Shown here: one piece after another, positions 1 through 7,700 of the stretch
Layout: each line of letters begins with the position of its first letter
Position numbering within the stretch: position 1 is the first letter of the stretch
From: Azolla caroliniana
Taxonomy: Eukaryota > Plantae > Polypodiophyta
Direction of reading: 5' to 3'
Assembly (NCBI GenBank): GCA_043228905.1
Contig: JBHGNT010001454.1
Coordinates: 1 to 8,252 of the forward strand
DNA: 8,252 nucleotides
Notes under the pieces: model-generated
What the model was told of the DNA's origin: nothing
The model's database searches: none
Seen by the model: the letters and a program-made list of their open reading frames with translations, nothing else
Program-made: the position numbers and the translations under genes

Positions 1-227
1 AGCCTCTGTGGCAGTCAGTTCTTCCAACCGACTTCTCCTGGCGTTGCTCCGCCTTGCTCGCGCTCCTCGTCCGGTCAGGTCTGGTTTTGTTTGTCACGAC
101 CCCTCTTGTTCTGCGCACCTTGACCTCCTCGATCGGCTTGTCTGCTCAACAGACCCAATTCAACTCCCTTGCTGCTATGACTTTGGCGTGTTCCGGTTTG
201 CCGATTCCTTCGTGTTGGCATCGACTT

Positions 228-1079
228 TCACTGCCTTCTCGTCCTCTTGGCCTTGAATTGATTCGGTTCTTCCGAATCTGTCTGTTGAACGGAATCGACT
301 GTCTCCGATTCATTCCAGCTCTTGTCCGAATCGGTTGCTCCTGATTCGTCTTTTGGTTCCAAGCCCTTCACCACATCAAACCATGTCCGGGTCTTGGCCT
401 TCTTCCTTCGATCGGCTCTGTCCTTCTTGACTTTGCCGCCGCTGCCACTTGTTCCGACTTGTTCGGATGTGTCGACTTCCCTTGTCGACTCGGCTCCTTT
501 CTTCTTCTTGACTCTCACTTCGTCGGTTCTTCCCTCACCGGCGCAATCGGCAGTCTCTTTGCCTTTGCCCGTTCCGGTGTCTTTGCCCGTTCTCTCCCTC
601 AAGTGTGGCACGTCGAGATGTTGAACACCAAGCATTTCGGTGAAGTGCTGCAACTTGTCCGATCCGAGTGGTTTGGTGAAGATGTCAGTAACTTGCCGAT
701 TTTTGTGAACATACCGAAGTTCGACCTCACCGCTCAGGACACGCTCACGCATGAAGTGATAGTACACTTCTATGTGCTTTGTGCGAGCATGGAATACAGG
801 GTTCTTGGTGAGTTGCATGCTGCTTATGTTGTCGCAATAGACCATAATCGGGGTCGGTACATCGATCCGTAGGTCTTGCAGCAATCGCCGAAGCCAAATG
901 GCTTCACAGGTGGCAATGGTAGCGCCCCGATACTCAGCCTCAATGCTCGACAGAGCAACTATTGGCTGCTTTTTGCTGTTCCACGCAACAACCGTGCTAC
1001 TTAGGGAAAACATGTAACCGGAGGTTGATCGGCGATCTGATGCATCGCCGGCCCAATCGACATCTGTGTAACCGACCAA
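228..1079 (-). pseudogene. pol: Copia RNase H (~1079-620) plus in-frame ~124-aa charged C-terminal extension (602-231)
   Basis: GYTDVDWAGD..DRRSTSGY, W.SKKQ..VALSS.EAEY, YCDN, NPVFHARTKHIE, DIFTKPL. The frame stays open through K/E/G/R/S/T-rich sequence to TGA at 228-230. Confidence 0.9.
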
Positions 1080-2135
1080 CTCTTCGGGTATACCGCACCG
1101 GTATAACAGGCCCCGGTCCTTTGTGCCGCTTACATATCGCAGTATCCACTGCGCGCATTGAAGGTGCTCCACGATCGGCTTCTGCATGAATTGACTTATC
1201 ATTCCGACTGGATAGTTGATGTCGGGTCGCGTGATAGTCAAGTAAATAAGGCTTCCGACAATTTGTCCGAACCGTTTCTCGTTGCAGGCTGGTACGGAGT
1301 TGGGACGAAGCTTCTGGTTCCGGTCCAAGGGTGTGGATATAGGTCGAAATTCTGTCATGCCGAACTTGTTCAACATATTCAAGACGTAATGTCATTGTGA
1401 GAGCAATATACCGTTGGGGGTTCGGATCACCTCGATCCCAAGAAAATAATGAAGGTCCCCCAAGTCCTTTATCTCAAATGCGTCCGACCACTGGGACTTG
1501 ACGCGGTTGACTTCTGGAAGACCCGGCCCGGTGATGACTAAATCATCAACATACAACAGGATACATACCGGACCGGCTGAGCCTTGCCGGATGAACAACG
1601 AAGAGTCGGACTTGGAGGCCGCAAACCCCATCTTATGCAACTGGTGCGTGATCTTCACATTCCAAGCTCGAGGGGCTTGCTTCAGACCGTACAACGACTT
1701 CTTCAGCCAGCATACCGCCGACTTGTTCATCTCTGATTGAAAACCGGGGGGCGAAGTCATAAAGACTTCTTCTTCAAGATCACCCTGAAGAAACGCATTC
1801 TTCACATCCATCTAGTGAAGATGCCACCCTCTTGCTGCAGCTACCGCCAGCACCACACGAACCATCGTCATCTTAGCTACCGGAGCGAAGGTCTCGTTGT
1901 AGTCGATTCTGTGGGTCTGCGCGTATCCCTTCGCCACTAACCGGGCCTTGTACTGGTTAACTGAACCGTCGACGTTGTACTTTACCTTGTACACCCACTT
2001 GCATCCGATCGGTTTAAAGTGACGGGGAGGGTCAACTAGGTCCCATGTCTCATTGACATCAAGTGCTCGCATTTCTTCCTCCATAGCGGCACGCCAATTT
2101 GCGTCCTTTGCCGCTTTTGCGTAGCTCTCCGGCTC
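1080..2135 (-). pseudogene. pol: Copia reverse transcriptase (RVT_2 type), disrupted
   Basis: EP.SY..A....W..AM.EE, NETWDLV, CKWVYKVK, YKARLVAKGY.Q..IDY.ETFAPV, MDVKNAFL, LYGLKQAPRAW, YVDD (1553-1542), LHYFLGIEV, TRPDI. Stops at 1812 and 1392. Confidence 0.96.
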
Positions 2136-2619
2136 ACGCACTTCTGCCGCCTTAGTCATGTACGCATAGTGATGCGCCATGTACTCATTATACCTGTACC
2201 GCGTGACGGGATCCTTCTGGCGGGTGGACCGGCGTAACTCACCGTTACCCAGTTTGAGGGACTTCTTGGCCGATTCGGTCTTCGTTGCCGAAGATCCGCC
2301 TTTCTCCTTGCCGGAGTCGGATGCACACGGATCCGACTCATCATTGCCGGTTTCGAATTCCGACATCTTTTTCTTCCCTTTCTCTTTGCGTGTGAACCGT
2401 CTCCTCGGTTCCTTATGTGGGGAGAGCACGATAGAGTCTCCACTACTCGCCGGTTCCTCATCGGACTGGTCAGATTGACTCAAGTCTCTCGTTTGGCCCG
2501 CTCAACCGAAATGATTCTTGACTCTCATCCTGAGTCCACGCTTCATCATCATCTACTTGGGCCGGTTCAGGCTCACTAGCCTCATCCTCCGGCATCGGGT
2601 CGGAGCCGGTAAGGAGTAC

Positions 2620-3488
2620 CACGATGCTGATTCATCAAACTCGACATCTCGACTAACTTGGACCTGCTTTGTCCGGGGGTTATAACACTTATAACCCTTT
2701 TGCTCTTGAGCATAGCCGACTAGGATGCATTTTTCCAATTTTGCATCCAGCTTCCTCCGCTTCTCATCCAGTACATGCACATATGCAATGCTACCGAAGA
2801 TCTTAAGTTGTCTCAAATTCGGCTTGCGCTCGAAATACAGCTCGTGAGCTGACACCTTGTCACCGATCTGGTTCTGGATGTAGACAGCCGTTCGGACTGC
2901 CTCCGCCTAGTCGAATTTGGGCATGCTCTTCTCCTCCAGCATTGCCCTTGCCGCATCAATAAGCGACCGGTTCTTCCTTTCGGCAACACCATTTTGTTGC
3001 GGTGTGTATCTGCAGCTGAACTCTCGCCGAATTCCCTTTTGTTGCAGATAACTGTTGAATTGGTCGGAAAAGTATTCTTTTCCGCCATCCGACCACAGGA
3101 ATTTGATCTTCCTCTCCGATTCCCGTTCCACCATGCTTTGGAGACTCTGGAAACACTTGAAGACTTCACTCTTCCGCTCAATGAGGTAGATCCATGTGTG
3201 CCGCGTATAGTCGTCGATGAAGGAGACGAAATATCGACTCCCGCCAAGACTAACATTCTGTGCCGGTCCCCACACATCCGAAAGGATAAGGTCGAGCTTC
3301 TTACAGCTCCAGTTACGTTCGGTAGGGAATGGAAGCCGATGTTGCTTCCCGAGTTGGCATGCTTCACATACTTGGGCCTTCCGGCCACTGAACTTTGGCA
3401 AACGGAAAACAACTTGTTTCGCTTGCAGGTCTTGAAGCCTCCAGTAATTGACGTGGCCTATCCGCTTGTGCCACAGGTCGATGTCCAA
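2620..3488 (-). pseudogene. pol: Copia integrase (zinc-binding region, DDE core, GKGY-type C-terminal module), disrupted
   Basis: LWHKRIGH...CEACQLGK, SDVWGP, FIDDYTR, SDGGKEY, TPQQNGVAERKNR, KLD....CILVGY..QKGYKCYNP, VSRDVEFDE. In-frame TAG at 2907-2909 replaces the W of WAEA. Confidence 0.95.
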
Positions 3489-3599
3489 TTCAACCTTCTA
3501 TCCTTTTGCAAACAGAGCGGTGCCAACGTCATTGGTGTGGAGGATAAACATCCTCCCGTCTCTACGCCCTTGCGCAATAATCTGGCCCTCTTCCTCGAT

Positions 3600-3880
3600 G
3601 AAGCACCCGAGGTGCGTAAACCGCACCTGCATCCCTTGGTCGACGATCTGTCCGACCGACACCAGGTTCTTCATGATTGTCGAAACGTGTAATATGTTCA
3701 TCAGCTTCCCCTTCTATCCGACGTGGCTCAAAGGGACTTCTCCAACGTGCACAATGGGTGAGGAGTGTCGTCTCCGGTTTCGACTACTCTTGGTTGATCC
3801 GGTTTCTCCGAAAAGGAGAACCACTCTTTGTGGCTCGTCATGTGGTTCAACGCACCGGAATCAACATACCACACTTCCTC
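3600..3880 (-). pseudogene. pol: Copia aspartic protease domain, disrupted
   Basis: WYVDSGALNHMT (DSGA 3862-3851) and NILHV....KNLVSVGQI. Frameshift near 3755 and TAG at 3714-3716. Boundaries approximate. Confidence 0.9.
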
Positions 3881-4035
3881 CGATTTGGAAGTGGTCTTCT
3901 TCATCGAGTTCGCCTCGTGCTTCATCACCAAGGCTGGCCCGTTACCGTTCTTGGATCCTCCCGATCCCTTCGCGTAGTGCGAGCTTTGCCGGCCTTGCCG
4001 GATTCGGATTTGTCTGAATCGACGCGTTTTCTGCA

Positions 4036-4853
4036 ACACTCGCTTTCTCTGTGGCCCTTTTTGCCACAGTACCAACATTCCGTTGTAGTCTTCTCTTGCC
4101 GCCATGACTCCCCCTGCTCTCAGAGGGTCCGGAACTGCTATCGACACGTTCTTTGTGCCTTTGTTCCTGGTCTTGCCGGCCGCCTCCATTGCGTGCCGAA
4201 CTGCCTCGTCCACCACGCCCACGGGACCGATCCGCTTCCGTGTACAACATCTGGCTGTCAATGGGTGTGCTAGTTGAAGCACCGGCGTGGTTCTCCTCTA
4301 CAAGGAGCATCGATTGTAAGTCGAAAAATGATGGCGTATTCTCCCTTGTACACACCGCCGTTCGGAACGCTCTGAACTTAGACACCAGGCCCCCAAGACA
4401 GACCTGTACCATCTCGTCTTCCTCTACAGTAACGTTGATAGAGGCAAGTGAGTCACATATCTCTTTGATCCGGGCCGTGTAATCCGCCACCGACATGTCC
4501 TTCTGTCGGACATTGCTCAACTCCTATTGGAGTTGCAACTTTCGGGCTGTAGTGCTCGCGGCGAAAACCTTCTTCAGGTTTCCCCAAGCCTCCTTCAGCG
4601 TCTAGGCGTCTCAAATGTGGCTCAGCAACTGGTCTCCGACACTGGACGCGAAGCAGTACATCACTTTGCTTGCCGATTGTTCCCATATTGGGAAATCCTT
4701 ATGTGCCGCATCAGGTGCTGTTTCGTTGGCTCCTTCGACGAAACTCCAGTAGCCATGCCCAAGCAGGTACTGGTGCATCTTGTACGACCAAGATGCGTAG
4801 TTGGATATGTAGAGTTTCTCCATAGGGAGCAAGCGAGCCATTCCTCTATCCAT
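4036..4853 (-). pseudogene. gag: Copia Gag with CCHC zinc knuckle, disrupted
   Basis: ATG at 4853, then EKL..SNYASW..KM..YL and MSVADY..RIKEICDSL. In-frame stops at 4611, 4602 and 4524. The knuckle CWYCGKKGHRESEC (4077-4036) lies in a frame absent from the ORF track, after a frameshift. Confidence 0.92.
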
Positions 4854-4934
4854 CACTTCTCTATCTGTTGTTCTTACGACCTGTTAGGGTTTGCTTTCAA
4901 GCGTTTGTCGGCTGCAGAGGTTCTCAACCCTTGC

Positions 4935-4946
4935 GCTCTGATACCA
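4935..4946 (-). promoter_or_regulatory. Primer binding site complementary to the 3' end of initiator tRNA-Met
   Basis: The plus strand gctctgatacca reads TGGTATCAGAGC on the minus strand, the canonical plant tRNA-iMet PBS, directly after the LTR-terminal CA. Confidence 0.96.
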
Positions 4947-5091
4947 TGTAAATGATTACTTGCGGAAGCGTTAGAAAACAGAGAAAACAGAAAATACACA
5001 GAGTACACGGGAGAGACAGAGAGAGCATAACGTAAAAGCTATATTCAAAACAATATAGACACTTTGCACATACAACTATGCTCAATAGCAC

Positions 5092-5099
5092 TATTTATA
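5092..5099 (-). promoter_or_regulatory. Putative LTR TATA box (TATAAATA)
   Basis: The plus strand tatttata reads TATAAATA on the element strand, about 145 bp upstream of the LTR 3' end. Function is inferred from position. Confidence 0.7.
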
Positions 5100-5229
5100 C
5101 AAGTCCTCGTGGGACTGACAAGAGTACCCCGTACTTCAATGCTCACACGAGCATCTGACACTTACTACGAGACTATAACTGCCTAGTAGTCTAAACTAAT
5201 AGTAGGCTTTTGGTTACCGATTGGATCTG

Positions 5230-5318
5230 GCTAACCGGCTCCCCAGCTCACTGGCTCAGTTGCTTGCCGGCTCAGTTGCTCACCGGCTTACCGATTCGTC
5301 TCGCTCACCGGCTCAGGC
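5230..5318. repeat. Degenerate 16-bp tandem repeat in LTR U3 (consensus about GCTCACCGGCTCAGTT), 5 copies
   Basis: gctaaccggctcccca (5230), gctcactggctcagtt (5246), gcttgccggctcagtt (5262), gctcaccggcttaccg (5278), then a 9-bp spacer and gctcaccggctcaggc (5303). Confidence 0.85.
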
Positions 5319-5360
5319 TTATCCAGTCGATCTGGCTCCAAGTGAGCTTGCCGCTCAACA

Positions 5361-5700
5361 TAGATCTTCTCATAGAAACTGGAATGTTGGTTGTTGGCCT
5401 GTAGCTTCTCCAATTGACCCAAAGATTAAGTTAACTAAACTTGCAGGAGAGAAAATTGATCGTGAAAGGTATCAATGATTGGTAGGTCGGCTGATTTATT
5501 TGACTCACACTTGTCCAAATACTTCATTTGCAGTAAGTGTGGTAAGTCGCTACATGCATGATCCGAGGAAAGATCATATGGATGCAATGTACCAGATTCT
5601 GAGATATCTCAAAGGTGCCCAAGGAAGGGATTGATGTTTAGAAACATGATCAATTTTAACATTGAGGGCTATTGTGATTCTGATTGGGCTACTTGTGCTT
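5361..5700 (+). mobile_element. Fragment of a second, older Ty1/copia element (RT C-terminus to RNase H start)
   Basis: Manual translation across frameshifts (~5389, ~5629): DLLIETGML/GCWPVASPIDPKIKL..AGEKIDRERYQ*LVGRLIYLTHTCPNTSFAVSVVSRYMHDPRKDHMDAMYQILRYLKGAQGR/LMFRNMINFNIEGYCDSDWATC (YCDSDWA 5670-5690). It is AT-rich and in the opposite orientation to the first element. Confidence 0.93.
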
Positions 5701-6914
5701 TGGAATACAAAATCTAGAAATGAAGCCAATGCTTTACACACTATTATAAAATCAATAACTACAAATTAAGTATGGTAATGGTAAAAATTTATTCATTTTT
5801 CTCATTTGGATGGATGCCTTCAGCCTTGATGGGTATCTTGTTGCTAACATTGGTTTGGAAGTGTGGTGGTATTTGCTCAGTTCCTAAGAATGATTCTAGT
5901 GGTAGCATAAGCTGAAACAGTATTGTCATTCAATAATGAAAACGTGGAAGTACTCACTATTCATATAGTTGAAAAAGTTGATGGACTTAAAAGAGGTTAA
6001 TCTTTTAGAACCTTGCATTCTCGTTGAAATAGTGGTATCATATGTCAGTCTCTAGTTGGGGATCCAATAAAAATTAGTATCCCTCGTCAAGCACTGAACC
6101 CAACATCGTCGAGGGTGACTGATAGCCCCGCTAGGTGACGCCTCCAGTAGGGGCAAGGATCGCCCAGGTTTCATCTAGAATGCAAGAATACAACACCCTC
6201 TATATAGATACGAGGCGCACAAATTCGTAGTGACGAAAATATGAGACCATCAATAAACCTTGACCTGGCTTAACCCCCTAGAGGGAAGTCACCATCTCCG
6301 GCACACTGATTGGATTTCAGAGTTCAAATAGTTGAATCAAAGCTAACGAAGCAGGCTATGCTATGACCTAATAAAGTCTAAGTTTTGAAATTCAGGCCAA
6401 GAGACATGAAGGAAAAAGTAAAGTTGTGGTAGAAGTCATGTAGGGGCAAACAAGAGCGCCCACATGAATAAAAAAGCTCATAGCGTCGATCGAAGACTAC
6501 CACCCAAACATCTCATCTACTAAGCAATGTGACCACCAAAATGCCATCTGAGCCCCATGAGACCCAACCAATATCTATGTTGGCCATGCCATCCAAGGAA
6601 ACAACAAGGATGAACTCACAAACAATGAATGACAAAATGTTATGGGTGTGTGATTGGATCCCCAACTTTTATTCATCATCAACTGAGCCGTTTGTTTGCA
6701 AATGTCTTTCTAGTACTCTCTATAGAGTAATCACATAGTGTTGAATGTCCAATATAGTAATGTTAGATGATGATCACATTATATTATACTAATATATTTG
6801 AAGCATATATTTGGAGATTCTACCAAAATAAGTGATCAAGGATAGTACATGAAGTTGTTTTCTGGAATTAAAAACTAATGCATGAAGTTGATATTTAATC
6901 TTCATGATTTTATA

Positions 6915-7700
6915 TTACCCATTAATCTTGGAGATGTATACAATATTTGAGGGCATTTGCTAAAAGAATTGGTGAAATGTGTATATAATGAGCTTAATTT
7001 TCAATTGGCTTATGGTTGGCATATCCATTAAGAATTGATTGTGTGTTCGATTTGGAGAAAGTTTATGGTCATGCTAATTAGTTCTTTGTCTTAATATTAA
7101 TGCATACAATGGACTTTGGACCACATATATAATATGTCTCAACTTATATTTTTATGAAAGAAAGATGATGTGTCGTGGGTAATGATTAACGGTGGAGTTA
7201 CACTATTTTTTGTTTGTTTTAGTCACTCATCCTTGTTGGTGACATTATTGAAGCTTACAATTAATGGAGTATTATTGTGGGTCTACACCTTTCATCCGAG
7301 AGAGAATTGATTACGGGAGCTTTGGTAGATGATTGTTTCATGTTTCTATTAGCCTCATGTGAAAATCTTAAGAAGGGGAAGGGGAACCATGAACCAAACA
7401 AAATTGGTTTCTAAATTACATATTAATAGAAGGAAGGTTGGCCTCATCTGATGTACTTAAGATGACAATGATATTGGTTGGAAAAAGCTCTATTTTTTTA
7501 CACTTGCGATACCCATTGGGATTAAATGTTACAAATGCCCAATTAATTGAATGGATGACTAAGAAGTTGAGGGATAAGTTCATGTGGTGGAAGTTCTAAC
7601 CTTGGTCATTTTCATATACATCTATACAATTTATGTTGGTGGATCCCATGATATTGAATATTTTTACTTTGTTACAATGGACCAAGAAGGCTTTGAATCA
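6915..7700 (+). mobile_element. Highly degenerate non-LTR retrotransposon (LINE/L1-type) ORF2 RT remnant
   Basis: Colinear motifs by manual translation: LPINLGDVYNI (6915; cf. RPISL..YKI), DLEKVYGHAN*FF...MHTMDFGP (7049-7123; cf. DLEKAYD.V.W.F...MGFG), MING (7182), ALVDD (7319-7333; cf. xADD), SKLHINRRK (7410; cf. SGL.IN..KS), HLRYPLG (7501; cf. YLG.PLG), then W..KLRDKF.WWK. Many stops and frameshifts. It may extend left to ~6630. Confidence 0.82.

Larger units (their letters stand above)
1..5360 (-). mobile_element. Ty1/copia LTR retrotransposon, degenerate; 3' end (true PPT and 3' LTR) outside the window to the left
   Basis: Seen: LTR, PBS, then Gag, CCHC, PR (DSGA), IN (WHKRIGH...CEAC; DVWGP, SDGGKEY, NGVAERKNR), RT (YKARLVAKG, MDVKNAFL, LYGLKQAPRAW, YVDD) and RNase H (YTDVDWAG, EAEY, CDN, DIFTK). 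Established: IN upstream of RT defines Ty1/copia. Confidence 0.97.
4947..5360 (-). repeat. 5' LTR (~414 bp), minus strand TGTTGAGCGG...CATTTACA
   Basis: The 3' end CA abuts the PBS at 4946/4947. The 5' end TGTTG at 5360 coincides exactly with the switch to an unrelated copia RT frame at 5361. It has TG...CA termini, an internal TATA box and a CT-rich U5-like tract. The partner LTR is not in the window, so the outer boundary is inferred. Confidence 0.85.

Noticed and set aside
1-227. Possible 3' LTR within the window
   Set aside because: There is no sustained match to 4947-5360 beyond a ~15-nt similarity at 136-151.
563-592. 12-bp direct repeat CTTTGCCCGTTC with 18-bp period
   Set aside because: It is a small in-frame tandem duplication in the low-complexity tail and not an independent feature.
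8-872. S/L/F-rich plus-strand ORFs opposite the Pol tail, considered as an antisense or env-like extra ORF
   Set aside because: Their composition simply mirrors the purine-rich minus strand. They are short and overlapping, with no convincing start or domain.
2994-4955. Long plus-strand ORFs (2994-3692, 3448-4017, 3677-4273, 4527-4955)
   Set aside because: They are antisense shadows of a GC-rich gag-pol, mostly with non-ATG starts and no recognisable motifs.
5230-5318. CRISPR-like repeat array
   Set aside because: Units are 16 bp, degenerate and abutting with no unique spacers, there are no cas genes, and the context is a eukaryotic LTR.
6033-6040. TGGTATCA, a partial tRNA-Met PBS
   Set aside because: Only 8 nt match, there is no adjacent LTR-terminal CA, and no gag follows.
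6081-6115. CCCTCG...CGAGGG inverted repeat
   Set aside because: An isolated 6-bp stem with a long loop is expected by chance.
6529-6738. 69-aa ORF as a host gene
   Set aside because: It has a GTG start and no domain. Its 3' part may be eroded LINE sequence.
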